A DNA stretch of 64,000 bases, taken from Gemmatimonadota bacterium. Its GTDB lineage: Bacteria > JBHIER01 > G020348925. The stretch is from the NCBI GenBank assembly GCA_020348925.1, contig CP070758.1:3983688-4047687 (forward strand), in the 5' to 3' direction. Position numbers and translations under genes: made by a program. Under the pieces are notes generated by a model. That model had not been told where the DNA came from. It saw only the letters and a list, made by a program, of their open reading frames with translations, and ran no database searches. This document shows positions 10,057 to 20,481 of this stretch, in pieces. Each line of letters starts with the position of its first letter. Position 1 is the first letter of the stretch.

Positions 10057-11211
10057 ATGAAACGTCCATGGACTCTGTGCATGTTTTTTATTATCATAGT
10101 GAATATGATCCTTTCCTGCGCGGATGACAACCCTCTCGAGCCTGAGGATCGGAATCCAGCCATCACTGAGGTGAGAGTCCCTGAGAAAATGTGGACCGGA
10201 ACGCAAACGAAGGTTATCGTCAGCGCTATCATCAATGACGCTCAGGGTCCGGCGGACATCGATTCGGCATCCCTGACGGTGCTCAGACCGGATTCCATGA
10301 CCGTCGCGCTCCACACTCTGCTCAACGATTCAGCCGCCCGCGGCGATCTGATCGCTTTCGATGGCGTCTTTTCCCGGGAAATCAGCACCGCTTTCGCTCA
10401 GGGTGAGGAGGGCCTCTACTTCTTTCTCTTTCGAGCCGTTGACAGCAAAGGATTCCGCAGCGAGGTTGTCGTTGCGTCCGTCCCGGCTCTTCTGGGATCG
10501 AAAAACGATCCACCCTCAATATCCGACATCACCCTTCCGAACATTATTTCAGTCGATCCGTCGATCGAATTCCTTTGTAAAGTCTATGCTGATGATCCCC
10601 AGGGTGTTATCGATTTAAGTTTTGTGATCTTCAGAATTCATCATTGGGAAAACCCAACCGTGATCAACACGGACACGATCTACGACGATGGTATTGATCC
10701 GGATGCGATCAATGCGGACGGTATTTTTACGGGGACCTTTACGCCAGCCTTCGCTGACAGTGTGGTTGGATTCTATCCCTTTTCTTTTCAGGCCGTTGAC
10801 ATAAGTGGAGACGTAACCGATCTTGTTCGACGCGATGTACAGGTTATTTTTGAAGATAACTGGCCTCCGACGATTTTCAATCTCTCGGTCCCAGATACCT
10901 TCGATTCGGGCGCAGGGATCGACAACTTTCTCATCACGCTGGAGGTGGTGGATCCCCAGGGACTGGCCGATATAGATTCGGTCCACTTCACATCTTTGAA
11001 GCCTGACAGTACATGGGCAAACAACGGACTTCCAATCCCGCTCTTCGATGATGGAACGTTCGGTGATGTCGTTCCAGGCGACGGTGTGTACTCCTTCAAG
11101 GCTATTTTCGATCCAACAGCTCAAAAAGGAGACTACGTCTGGACATTCGAGGCCGTGGATCGAAGTGGGGCGAAGTCAAACACGATAGTTCACATCCTTA
11201 CTATTCAATAG
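10057..11211 (+). CDS. Lipoprotein with three Ig-like repeats carrying LxDDGxxGDxxxxDGxYS motifs (choice-of-anchor X-like)
   Basis: Lipobox ILSC; 3x D(P/A)QGxxD plus LNDSAARGDLIAFDGVFS, IYDDGIDPDAINADGIFT, LFDDGTFGDVVPGDGVYS. Confidence 0.75.
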   Translation: MKRPWTLCMFFIIIVNMILSCADDNPLEPEDRNPAITEVRVPEKMWTGTQTKVIVSAIINDAQGPADIDSASLTVLRPDSMTVALHTLLNDSAARGDLIAFDGVFSREISTAFAQGEEGLYFFLFRAVDSKGFRSEVVVASVPALLGSKNDPPSISDITLPNIISVDPSIEFLCKVYADDPQGVIDLSFVIFRIHHWENPTVINTDTIYDDGIDPDAINADGIFTGTFTPAFADSVVGFYPFSFQAVDISGDVTDLVRRDVQVIFEDNWPPTIFNLSVPDTFDSGAGIDNFLITLEVVDPQGLADIDSVHFTSLKPDSTWANNGLPIPLFDDGTFGDVVPGDGVYSFKAIFDPTAQKGDYVWTFEAVDRSGAKSNTIVHILTIQ

Positions 11212-11216
11212 GCACA

Positions 11217-12626
11217 GTGAAAACACATATTCTTTCAATTTTTATTCTTTTCTTATCAATAAACTCCGGGGACTCCCAACTACTCAACAAGGGTTCGTTC
11301 ACGTTTGAGGGCGAGATGTCGACAGGTCTCGCCGGAAATGGTATTATCGACATCCTTGCTGACGACGGTACCATTTGGGTGGCGACCGGCAACGGATTAA
11401 ATAAAACAACGGATGGCGGTCAGACATGGATTACCTATGATCACAGAAACGGCCTCGGTCGTGGCGGTGTGAGTGCCATCGCCATACGGAACGACATCGT
11501 ATGGGTCGCCACAGCCTATGACACCACCGTCCAGGGTGACGATCTGCCAACGGGCGGAGGTCTCAGTTACTCCCTCAATGACGGTGACACGTGGACCCAC
11601 ATCCCGCAACCGGGGATCACACCCATCCAGGGCTTGTCCTACGACATTGCTCTCACGGATTCCAGCATATGGCTGGCCAGTTTCGGGCAGAGCCTCCAGT
11701 TTTCGGCCGACGGCGGTTCCAGTTGGACCACAAGGGTTCCGGACCGATTTCCGTGGGATCCCTTGAAATATCTGAATCACCGTGCGTTCTCCGTGATCAC
11801 GACGGAGAACGACATCTGGGTTGGTACTGCCGGCGGTATCAACCGCAGTAGTGACGGCGGTCGGACATGGAGGAATATGAACCACGACAACGCGGGACTT
11901 TCCGGAAATTTCGTCGTGGCCTTGGGGGAGCAGAAGTATGACGGCAAAAGCGTCATCTGGGGGGCCACCTGGAAGGCGGAAGGCCCGGGCGAATACTACG
12001 GCGTCAGCAAGACCGAAAACAACGGCCTGACCTGGAAGACCTCTCTCAAAGGAGAGTTCGTGCACAATTTCGCCTTCGACGGATCAACGGTGTATGCGGC
12101 CACGGACAATGGACTCATGAAATCAAACGACGGTGGAGAGACCTGGGGTACGTTTCCGCAAATGGTGGACAAAGACACCGGAGAAAGGATCGACTGGCGC
12201 GTATTTTACTCCGTGCGAGCCCACAACGGGGTTCTCTGGGCCGGTGGCGCCGACGGACTGGCGAAGACCGAGGATAATGGCCTCAGCTGGACTGTCTTCC
12301 GGGCCTTTGATCCGACCCAAAAAGAGGAGACATACGCCTACCCCAACCCCTGGTCCCCTCTGCGTTGGGAGAGCAACGATCTCCCACCACTTCGACTCCA
12401 ATATCACACGACCAAAGACACGAGAGTAACCATAAAGATTTACGATTTTGCTCTAGATCACGTCAGAACTCTCGTGGACGGGAAGTTCCGCGGTCCCGGG
12501 GATTTCTCTGAAATCTGGGATGGGCGAAATGAGGGTGGTGAGGTTGTGGCCAATGGAGTCTATTATTACGTGGTCGAGAAAGCAGAAGACGGAACAGCTC
12601 ATGGGAAGATCGTTATCTTGGACTAA
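11217..12626 (+). CDS. Secreted Asp-box/BNR beta-propeller protein with a FlgD-like C-terminal sorting domain
   Basis: Signal peptide; about seven S/TxD(G/N)GxTW repeats; YAYPNPW...WDGRNEGGEVVANGVYYY. Confidence 0.8.
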   Translation: MKTHILSIFILFLSINSGDSQLLNKGSFTFEGEMSTGLAGNGIIDILADDGTIWVATGNGLNKTTDGGQTWITYDHRNGLGRGGVSAIAIRNDIVWVATAYDTTVQGDDLPTGGGLSYSLNDGDTWTHIPQPGITPIQGLSYDIALTDSSIWLASFGQSLQFSADGGSSWTTRVPDRFPWDPLKYLNHRAFSVITTENDIWVGTAGGINRSSDGGRTWRNMNHDNAGLSGNFVVALGEQKYDGKSVIWGATWKAEGPGEYYGVSKTENNGLTWKTSLKGEFVHNFAFDGSTVYAATDNGLMKSNDGGETWGTFPQMVDKDTGERIDWRVFYSVRAHNGVLWAGGADGLAKTEDNGLSWTVFRAFDPTQKEETYAYPNPWSPLRWESNDLPPLRLQYHTTKDTRVTIKIYDFALDHVRTLVDGKFRGPGDFSEIWDGRNEGGEVVANGVYYYVVEKAEDGTAHGKIVILD

Positions 12627-12632
12627 ACAGGT

Positions 12633-13562
12633 ATGATGAGAAAGAATATCACGTACATCTTGATCGTAACGGCTTTCCTTCCCCACGTGCTCCGGGCAGA
12701 TGATGGTCACGGAGGGTATGCTGGGGCATTTTTGAAAATAGGAGCAGGAGCACGAGCGTTGGCCATGGGAAGCGCCTTCACGGCTGTGGCCGACGACCAC
12801 TCGGCCTTCATATACAATCCGGCGGGTGTAGCCCTCATTATGGGACAGGACGTGGGCCTTTCTTACGCCCTCATGTCCTTCGACCGTAGACTCGGTTTTA
12901 TCGGTTTCGTAACGGAACTGAAGCCGAACGGCGGACTCGGCCTCGGATGGATCAACGCCGGAGATTCGAACATCGATGGTCGTGACACGAACGGGCAGCC
13001 TACAGGTGATCTCTCCTATTCCGACAACGCCTTCTTCTTCTCCTTCGCCCAACAGATCGGACGATACGGAGCCCTCGGTATTGGAATGAGATATTTATAT
13101 CAAAAACTGGAGGACCAGACGGCCAAGGGCTTTGGGATCGATGCCGGCGCCCGTCTTCACATTCTGCCTCAACTCTGGATTGGTGGTGTGGTCCAGAATA
13201 TAAACGCCAAATATACATGGAACACCTCTTACTGGGAAAGAGAAACGACGACCAAGGACGAAGTCCCCCTTCAGTTCAGGATGGGCTCAGCCTACCGACT
13301 CCTCCAGAACAAACTCCTCTTGGCTATCGATGTCGGTAAAAACACGGAACAGGATGTGGCTTTCTACGGTGGCGGTGAATACCGGGTCAATGGCCAGTTC
13401 AGCCTGCGAGCCGGCTTGAAAGATGGTGAATTGACAGCCGGAGGAAGCTTTCTTCAATTTGTGCAATGGGGCGACATGCGCATCGACTACACCTTCATAG
13501 CCCACATGAGGGGCCTGGGAAGCACACATCTCTTCTCACTGGGCTATCGCTTTTCGGACTGA
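12633..13562 (+). CDS. PorV/PorQ-family outer-membrane beta-barrel
   Basis: FLKIGAGARALAMGSAFTAVADD...YNPAG; C-terminal THLFSLGYRF. Confidence 0.85.
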   Translation: MMRKNITYILIVTAFLPHVLRADDGHGGYAGAFLKIGAGARALAMGSAFTAVADDHSAFIYNPAGVALIMGQDVGLSYALMSFDRRLGFIGFVTELKPNGGLGLGWINAGDSNIDGRDTNGQPTGDLSYSDNAFFFSFAQQIGRYGALGIGMRYLYQKLEDQTAKGFGIDAGARLHILPQLWIGGVVQNINAKYTWNTSYWERETTTKDEVPLQFRMGSAYRLLQNKLLLAIDVGKNTEQDVAFYGGGEYRVNGQFSLRAGLKDGELTAGGSFLQFVQWGDMRIDYTFIAHMRGLGSTHLFSLGYRFSD

Positions 13563-13604
13563 GACTTCGTACCATCTCTCTAACGATTTTGCAGGAGAAA
13601 CGAG

Positions 13605-14522
13605 ATGAAAAAATTGTATTCCGTTGTCCTCATAGTCATTATGGCTTCACCGCCCGCCCTCTCGGGAGAGATTTATTCCAAAGCCGGTTCCAAAGGACTC
13701 TCGTTCCTCAAAATTGGCCTTGGAGCCAGAGCCGGGGCTCTGGGTGACGCCTACGTCTCCCTAGCAAACGATGCCACCGCGCCGCTGTGGAACCCTGCAG
13801 GACTCAACTCCATCGATGGCAGAGATGTTCTTTTCATTCACAACCAGTGGTTCCAGGACATCCGGAGCGAATTTGTGGGAACTGCAATGACCTTTGGGAA
13901 TGACGGTTTCGGTCTAGGTTTCCTGTTCAACACCGTTGGAGACATTGAGAACAGGGCTCCACAAACCGGAAAACTGATCGGCACCTTCAGCACCTACGAC
14001 ATCGCTTTCACCGGGGCGTATGCGAGGCGTTTCACTCGACAGATAAGCCTCGGTATGACGCTCAAAATTCTCTATGAAAAGATCCACATCTACTCATCCT
14101 CAGGGTTTGCTCTCGATTTAGGAGCTCGTATTTCCCCGGGAATTGACAATGTAACCTTAGGGGCTGTCATACAAAATATTGGAAAGATGGGCACCATGAG
14201 GAACGAAGAGACGCCCTTGCCCTTGACGACGAAGGTAGGTCTCAATTATGTATCGACAGTTGAATCGCTCAACGGCACCCTCCTTTTCACAGCCGATGTC
14301 AACAAAGCTTCAGACTACAGAACGACCTTTCACACCGGTCTCGAATACAGCCTGAACCAACGTCTCGCCCTACGTGGCGGCTATCAATTCGGACAGGATG
14401 AACGGAGCTTTTCGGCTGGCATAGGACTCAGGCTCAACATGTATCGCCTGGACTATGCTTACGCTCCATACGATTATGATCTGGGGGATACACACAGACT
14501 GACCTTTGGAATCTCCTTGTAA
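13605..14522 (+). CDS. PorV/PorQ-family outer-membrane beta-barrel
   Basis: FLKIGLGARAGALGDAYVSLANDATAPLWNPAG; LDYAY...LGDTHRLTFGISL. Confidence 0.85.
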   Translation: MKKLYSVVLIVIMASPPALSGEIYSKAGSKGLSFLKIGLGARAGALGDAYVSLANDATAPLWNPAGLNSIDGRDVLFIHNQWFQDIRSEFVGTAMTFGNDGFGLGFLFNTVGDIENRAPQTGKLIGTFSTYDIAFTGAYARRFTRQISLGMTLKILYEKIHIYSSSGFALDLGARISPGIDNVTLGAVIQNIGKMGTMRNEETPLPLTTKVGLNYVSTVESLNGTLLFTADVNKASDYRTTFHTGLEYSLNQRLALRGGYQFGQDERSFSAGIGLRLNMYRLDYAYAPYDYDLGDTHRLTFGISL

Positions 14523-14628
14523 ACTGATTCAAAGAGGAAACCATTCACAAAAACCTTGACACAACCCCTGTATTTTTATAATATAACACATTGAAGGGCA
14601 ATCTGAGGGGGTAGCATAGGAGACAGAC

Positions 14629-16566
14629 ATGACACGCGTGGTCTCCACGTTAGCGAGAAAACGTATGCTGCTCCACATCTTACTTTCCAGGCATTTCAGG
14701 GAAAAGCTCCGTTATCTCATCCCCTGCCTGGCCTTGATACTCAATCCACTGACGATCCGAGGACTCGACGCTCAGGGGAAGGGTGCCTCGAGTCATCCGG
14801 ACAGTCTTTCTGCGCCACAATGGCGTCTGTCCGTTAGCGATCCTTACTATCCCATCCGTCCCGGTTTAACCATTATATATATAATCACTTATGAAAACAC
14901 AGGCGGCTCCCCTGCTGCGAACGCAACACTTGTAAGCATTCTGGATCCCCTGACTGAATATTTGCTGAGTACCGGAGCCGGCATCTATAATGGAAACTGT
15001 CATTGCGTCACCTGGGACCTGGGAGAAATAGAACCCGCTGGGGGAGGCCGCGTCATTCTGAGAGTTCAAACCCTCGAGGGAATCCCCCATGGAACCGAAG
15101 TCGTGAACTCGACAACCATATCCTGCGCTGAAGGCATACACAGCGATACAACTCTCATAACACCCATCACCTATATCTCCATCCTCAAGATTTACAAAAC
15201 GACTCCTGTGATATCTGCTTATCCTGGCCAGGAGATCGTCTACGATTTACAATATACCAATGTAGGGGACACCTCTGCCGCAAACGTTCTGCTTACTGAC
15301 CTTTTGCCCCGGCAAACAAGCTTTGTTTCTTGCACCCAGGGTTGTCTTTTCGACTCCTCGGAGGAGAGTATCTCGTGGGAAATTGGAGAGGTCCGACCCG
15401 GAAGTCTGTTCGCCGTCCAGCTCATCCTGCGCATAGACAGCACATTCAGCGGTGAGACCTCCATCATCAACGAAGCCAAAATCACATGTGATGAGGAAAG
15501 CTCCGACAGCAGTTTTTGCGTAACCACTGTAGACACGACAGCGACCACTTCGGGGTTCCCCGCGTTTGCTTTTTTCATCAAAAGCCGGGATCACTTCGTT
15601 TCAGCAGGAAACGAGATGCTTTACCGAATACATTGCGAAAACATCGGGAGAGAAACGGCGCACGCCCTCATGATAACGAACCCTATTCCCGAACATACCG
15701 ACTACGTCAATTCCAGCAATGGCGGCCAATACGACCCATCATGCGAAAAAGTGACATGGTCTCTCGAAGAACTGGAACGCCATCAAGAAAAGACAGTGAC
15801 GCTCACAGTAAGTGTTACAAGCCCCCTTTCACCTCGAACGGTTATTATAAATAGGGCAACCGTCACCTGCTCTGAAGGTTTTTCAGCCAGTGCTCTTGAC
15901 ACGACAATCGTCCTCTCGTCCCCAAAATGGGATCTCCGAACTTGGACCATCCCTCAGATCATCATTCCCGGTCAACCTGTCATTATAACAACACGATTGA
16001 GCAACGTGGGAAATATGAATGCCACAAACACTGTCATCACAAATCCCATACCACCCTACACCTTCCATGTCAACAGCACGAACGAAGGGGTCTTTGATGC
16101 CGAGGAAAATGCCGTAACCTGGAATATTGGAGCTCTCAACGTGAATGATGCATCGACAGTTTCTTTAACCCTATCCTCTGACGCGAATTTTCCTCCTGAC
16201 GAGGAAATCATCAACCGGGTTTATGTTCGAAGCCAGGAAACAGCTGATTCTGCGGCAATTTCCATTCCGGTGTTCATACCTCAGGGCCACCAACTCAGTC
16301 AAAATCATCCAAATCCTTTCAATAAGAACACCACGATAGACTATCAACTCTCGAAAGATGATCGTGTTCTTTTAAAAATACACAATATCCTCGCTCAAGA
16401 AATCGCAATCCTCGTCGATGAGTACAAAAAGGCCGGTGTGTATTCTGTAGGATGGGACGGAAGAGACGCACAAGGGCAGAATGTCCCAAGTGGAATTTAC
16501 CTTTTCACTTTGTCCGTACATAACGGAGTGTGGTCAGAGACGAAGAAAATGGTGTTGCTGCAATGA
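14629..16566 (+). CDS. Secreted protein with four DUF11 repeats and a T9SS/FlgD-type C-terminal sorting domain (start uncertain)
   Basis: 4x PG..I.Y.I.YxNxG...A.N....D.LP....VTWxLG; LSQNHPNPFN...WDGRDAQGQNVPSGIY...KKMVLLQ. Confidence 0.85.
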   Translation: MTRVVSTLARKRMLLHILLSRHFREKLRYLIPCLALILNPLTIRGLDAQGKGASSHPDSLSAPQWRLSVSDPYYPIRPGLTIIYIITYENTGGSPAANATLVSILDPLTEYLLSTGAGIYNGNCHCVTWDLGEIEPAGGGRVILRVQTLEGIPHGTEVVNSTTISCAEGIHSDTTLITPITYISILKIYKTTPVISAYPGQEIVYDLQYTNVGDTSAANVLLTDLLPRQTSFVSCTQGCLFDSSEESISWEIGEVRPGSLFAVQLILRIDSTFSGETSIINEAKITCDEESSDSSFCVTTVDTTATTSGFPAFAFFIKSRDHFVSAGNEMLYRIHCENIGRETAHALMITNPIPEHTDYVNSSNGGQYDPSCEKVTWSLEELERHQEKTVTLTVSVTSPLSPRTVIINRATVTCSEGFSASALDTTIVLSSPKWDLRTWTIPQIIIPGQPVIITTRLSNVGNMNATNTVITNPIPPYTFHVNSTNEGVFDAEENAVTWNIGALNVNDASTVSLTLSSDANFPPDEEIINRVYVRSQETADSAAISIPVFIPQGHQLSQNHPNPFNKNTTIDYQLSKDDRVLLKIHNILAQEIAILVDEYKKAGVYSVGWDGRDAQGQNVPSGIYLFTLSVHNGVWSETKKMVLLQ

Positions 16567-16848
16567 TTGGTACTCCAAAAAATCATGTGCAGAGGGTCAA
16601 TGCTAATTGTTGCGTCTGTTGCGCCGGGAAAAACACCTTACCGGAGTATTCATGAAATCTCTCTGAGAGTCAGGTCCAAGGCGAGCTTTCAGAACACTCC
16701 TATGATATAGGATTTTCAAATCGACTTTCGATCGCTTCCGCGCTGGTCTCTCACGGCATTCCAGATTACCGGGTCGTGGCAAAAAAACTCTTCGGCTCCG
16801 CTTCGCGAAGTCTGTCCCGAGTTTGATTCAGTACCCATAATGAAAGCC

Positions 16849-17025
16849 TGTCATTCCGACCGGAATGAGGCTCGTACGGTCACATGAAGTGGAGAAATTT
16901 GAGAATGGCACCACATGTGCAATATCCCGTTTGGAAGGAAATTTCCCTCTTTGAGAATATGATCTGTGCAGCGAGGAGATTCCCATAGAGCTCGCGGCAA
17001 GTGCGGTACATCGACCGGAACGACT
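16849..17025. repeat. Degenerate GTCATT-type REP/MITE-like palindromic element
   Basis: TGTCATTCCGACCGGAATGAG...GTGGAGAAATTT at the left end and AGATTCC...CCGGAACGAC at the right end, between convergent genes. Confidence 0.4.
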
Positions 17026-17143
17026 GTTTCTGAAGAGAACAGACTTGAGAAAAGGCGAGCGGGAATTCGCGCATACTATGAGTCACCGCTAGCGCCAAGT
17101 ATTGAGTACGCGCACAAGTCCAATCCCGCGCTTCTTATCAAAA

Positions 17144-17250
17144 TTATTGCCACTCTCCTGTGTGCGATAACAACTGCTCATAAAGAGCATCTATTCTCTC
17201 AATCATTATCTCCGCGCTGAAATCTCTCAATACTCTGCTCTGAGCGTTCT
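17144..17250 (-). CDS. C-terminal fragment of a probable GT-B (GT4) glycosyltransferase, cut by the gap
   Basis: NAQSRVLRDFSAEIMIERIDALYEQLL resembles the terminal helix pattern of GT4 (A...V...FS...M......LY..LL). Confidence 0.6.
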
Positions 17251-17350
17251 NNNNNNNNNNNNNNNNNNNNNNNNNNNNNNNNNNNNNNNNNNNNNNNNNN
17301 NNNNNNNNNNNNNNNNNNNNNNNNNNNNNNNNNNNNNNNNNNNNNNNNNN
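17251..17350. other. Assembly gap (100 N)
   Basis: Run of N. Confidence 1.
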
Positions 17351-17682
17351 AAGGCAATTCGTCTGCCCGTCGGCGGGACCCCCATGTACTGGCCCTCGTG
17401 GGTACCCACGGCGGACCACCGCACTGCAACTTTTTCTTCGGAAGCATCAATGACAAGATCATCTGTTGTTGCGAAGAAATCGGGAAAAGCCTCGTAAAAT
17501 CTGACGAGGCCTTCTTTGAAGCCCTTGTTATCAGGAGATCGACCGGCAGGACTTCGGTCCACAAAATCTGATGTGTGAAGTTCGTCAACAGCGTCCACAT
17601 TTCTCTTTTGCCAGACCTCGTTCATCCAGCGATCCACGGTCTTTTTCAAGGCACTATTTTCCAATATGTTATTATGGTTCAT
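17351..17682 (-). CDS. SnoaL-like ester cyclase, 3' end lost in the gap
   Basis: FYEAFPDF...DDLV...KVAVRWSAVGTHEGQYMGVPPTGRRI. Confidence 0.9.
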
Positions 17683-17712
17683 CGGTTTTTCGTGATCCGA
17701 AACAGGAGAGGG

Positions 17713-18384
17713 TTAATTGTAAATTTCAACCAGCGTACCTTCCTGTACGAAGTCGAACAACTCTATCACATCCCCGTTCTTCATTCTTATACATCCGTGT
17801 GAGGCAGGCGTTCCGATCAATCCTTCTTCCGGAGTTCCGTGTATATAGATGAGGCGTCTGAACGTGTCGACTCCAGTGCCCTTGTTGATGCCCGGCTCCA
17901 TTCCCTTCAACCAAAGTATGCGCGTCGTCTTCAGATCTTTTCGCGTCTCTGAGTTGTCAGTATAGATGCGTGCCGTCCTCCCTGTGTTTCGGCGAGCGTT
18001 GAATATGCTTCCGAATTTGGCGCCCCGGCCGATTTTCTCGGCAATACTATGTGTTCCCAAAGGTGTTTTGTGGCTTCCGGCTCGGTTGCCTGCGCCATTT
18101 TTTGACGTTGATATATTGTACAATCTGACGGTTTCATCCCCTTTCACAAGGCGAAGTTTCTGCTCGGGAATACTCACGATGAGGGCGTATTCATCCGATG
18201 TTAAACCGAATTTCGATTCCAATTTCTGGAGCGCATCCTCCCAACTTATTAGTTGCTGAGGAACGATCATACCGGCATCCCCGTTCTTATCGTCAGCGCA
18301 GAGGGACAGGCTCAAGCATCCCGACACAAGAATAATCAGCGATAACTTAAAAACACTTGTTTTTTTAAATAGAGATATATGCAT
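17713..18384 (-). CDS. L,D-transpeptidase (YkuD family)
   Basis: VSIPEQKL, ISTSKNG, KTPLG, IYIHGTPEE..IG.PASHGCIRM. Confidence 0.92.
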   Translation of the reverse strand: MHISLFKKTSVFKLSLIILVSGCLSLSLCADDKNGDAGMIVPQQLISWEDALQKLESKFGLTSDEYALIVSIPEQKLRLVKGDETVRLYNISTSKNGAGNRAGSHKTPLGTHSIAEKIGRGAKFGSIFNARRNTGRTARIYTDNSETRKDLKTTRILWLKGMEPGINKGTGVDTFRRLIYIHGTPEEGLIGTPASHGCIRMKNGDVIELFDFVQEGTLVEIYN

Positions 18385-18664
18385 CTTGCAGTAATTTTTT
18401 TGTATTGAGTATACTCTTAGGAGCCAATCTTGACAACATTCCCCATCCCATCAATCTGGGGATCTTGAAAAATAAAAATTTTTTTTGTATTAGCAAGGAA
18501 AAAGTTATCGATAGGCATAGAACCTCATATGGTTACCAACGAGAATGTGCCTCAACTGGTCATTTTCTGGAGGTGGTGAAAAGTAAAAGATGGTGGAAGA
18601 AAAGATAAACTGTTGTCTAAACGACCTTGAGTCATTCTAAGAACACAATGATTGGGAAACTCTA

Positions 18665-18697
18665 AGAGAGGCAGCGAACCCACTGCCTCTCTGTTTT
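18665..18697. terminator. Hairpin downstream of the 18735 gene
   Basis: AGAGAGGCAG cgaaccca CTGCCTCTCT. Confidence 0.5.
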
Positions 18698-18734
18698 CAT
18701 TTCTCTGCTTTTTAGGATCGAAGATCTTGCTCTG

Positions 18735-19280
18735 TTAGTTCCCGGCCGTGAAGGAGACTATGACCGCTAAGCTTTCGGCAACAACAATATGAAAGGGTAC
18801 ATTCTCAGCAATGGCGTAAACGTAGAAGTCACCACTCTCCACTTGGGCTTTCAGTTCCTCAAAGTTCATGAGATATTGGGTCGACTCCTCTCGTTCAATG
18901 ACTACTGTTTGATTGGGGGGAATAACTATGCCTTTAAGTACAAGACTTGCATTGTTCTGAATGGCGGACAGTGTGTTCAAAGCACCATTATCGCTAATGT
19001 AGATCTGGCCCGTGGCTTCGGTGTCCTCCTGATTCGTTATCTTGGCCGCAAACTCCACGGATTCAATACTGTTTATTTCGTCCCTGTGGTCCTCCCAGAC
19101 GTCATTTCCCTCCAGGGTGAAATACTCCGACCCGATATTGTCCTCTTCTGAATTGATTGAGGCTTCAATATAAACCACAATCGTAAAGGTTTTGGTAATG
19201 AGGAGACAACCGGCAAACACAAGACAGAGGAAAATGGATCCTCCTATGAAGAACCTCTTTCGCTGTAATAATGATTTCAT
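18735..19280 (-). CDS. Hypothetical lipoprotein
   Basis: Lipobox VFAGC; AGAGGAG RBS; follows the beta-barrel gene. Confidence 0.7.
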   Translation of the reverse strand: MKSLLQRKRFFIGGSIFLCLVFAGCLLITKTFTIVVYIEASINSEEDNIGSEYFTLEGNDVWEDHRDEINSIESVEFAAKITNQEDTEATGQIYISDNGALNTLSAIQNNASLVLKGIVIPPNQTVVIEREESTQYLMNFEELKAQVESGDFYVYAIAENVPFHIVVAESLAVIVSFTAGN

Positions 19281-19322
19281 TTCAATAACACTCCTCTTGG
19301 TTCAGACATTGATAAATAATAT

Positions 19323-19886
19323 TTAGTAGGCTTCTCCAAGTCCAAAGTAGTAGTTGAGTCCACCGCTGATCCCGATGTTTTTCCTGGAACCCCCACCGTC
19401 AAGGGTGATGATATGGATTTTTGGACTTATCTCGGCTGACAATTTCCCTAATCCAATCTCTAAGCCCGGTCCGAAGTTGAACCCGAAACGGCTCTGATCA
19501 GGAGGACCTTTTTTACTCAAGGAATAAGACCCAATACCACCGGCGAAATGAAAATGGACACCTTGATCACAGGACATTGAACCGAGGATGAGGTTCAATC
19601 CAAAGGAGTTGATACTTCCTCCCTCCATGCTCTGGTCATCATCCCAAACTTCAGCCGACGACTCCCCTTGACTCAGTTTCGTGTAAAAGACCTCAAACCC
19701 GAGAAGAGGAACGAGACCCAGACGGGCCTTGAAACCGAAGAGAGAGCTAGTACCGGCGTCCTCCTGGGCAACGGGGATATTGGTCCCCACGAATCCACCC
19801 AGACCGATCTTGCTCCCCAAGACCTCTGAGGCGACTCCTGCCACGAGGAGGAACGAAATTACAAAGACAGAAATTCTTTTCATCAT
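19323..19886 (-). CDS. Small (8-strand-type) outer-membrane beta-barrel
   Basis: AGGAGG RBS, signal peptide, Gly/aromatic alternating strands, GGLNYYF near the C-terminus. Confidence 0.75.
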   Translation of the reverse strand: MMKRISVFVISFLLVAGVASEVLGSKIGLGGFVGTNIPVAQEDAGTSSLFGFKARLGLVPLLGFEVFYTKLSQGESSAEVWDDDQSMEGGSINSFGLNLILGSMSCDQGVHFHFAGGIGSYSLSKKGPPDQSRFGFNFGPGLEIGLGKLSAEISPKIHIITLDGGGSRKNIGISGGLNYYFGLGEAY

Positions 19887-20327
19887 ATACCTCCTTTCAA
19901 AATTCCTGATAAAGTTCCTCAAATGCTGACTCTTTGAATGTATGACGTCGGTGATGGCCAGTCAAGTATTTTCGAAAAAATTTTCAGAAACCTCATAGGA
20001 GCGATTGGGCGAGCTGTCCTTTATGAGCAATTAAGAGAACTCAGCATATGAGGGTGTTGAACAAGGGATTTTTCGACTCCGTTTCGTTGAGAAATCTGAT
20101 TGTGGAAACAAGTCTGCAACAGCTTGAGGCGAGCGAATGACGGTGAATCGGGAGTACTAAGCCGATCATTCCCGCCCGCATCGGTTGCGGGAAAGGCTTC
20201 AGCGGGAATCTCCTCGAGGCGCAGAGCGGACATCATTAATATTGCGCAATTGAGGTGAAAATTAGGTTTGCTCTTTGTCCGAGTTTTACTCCCTGTTGTG
20301 AGAAAACGAAAGAAATCAAGAATTCCC

Positions 20328-20356
20328 TTGACTTTTAGCCTCGGGAGTTTTACATT
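20328..20356 (+). promoter_or_regulatory. Sigma-70-type promoter of csp
   Basis: TTGACT-17 nt-TACATT. Confidence 0.6.
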
Positions 20357-20481
20357 TGAGCGAGATTTTCGAAAGGTAGCTAAACCATCGACGGATTATA
20401 CGACGGGTGATGAGTAGCTTGTTCGATCATCACCCGTCGTATTTTATTCGAAAGCTTGAGCGAAAGGAGGTGACATCGGTT

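Noticed and set aside
17050-17136. Long hairpin with an ops-like GGCGCTAG in its loop (minus strand)
   Set aside because: It lies downstream, not upstream, of the glycosyltransferase fragment and mismatches ops; more likely a terminator-type structure
17144-17682. ORF-track proteins spanning the first N gap
   Set aside because: Chimeric translations through the placeholder Ns
20150-20215. ATTCCCGC...GCGGGAAT hairpin upstream of the beta-barrel gene as a riboswitch
   Set aside because: No recognisable aptamer consensus or expression platform
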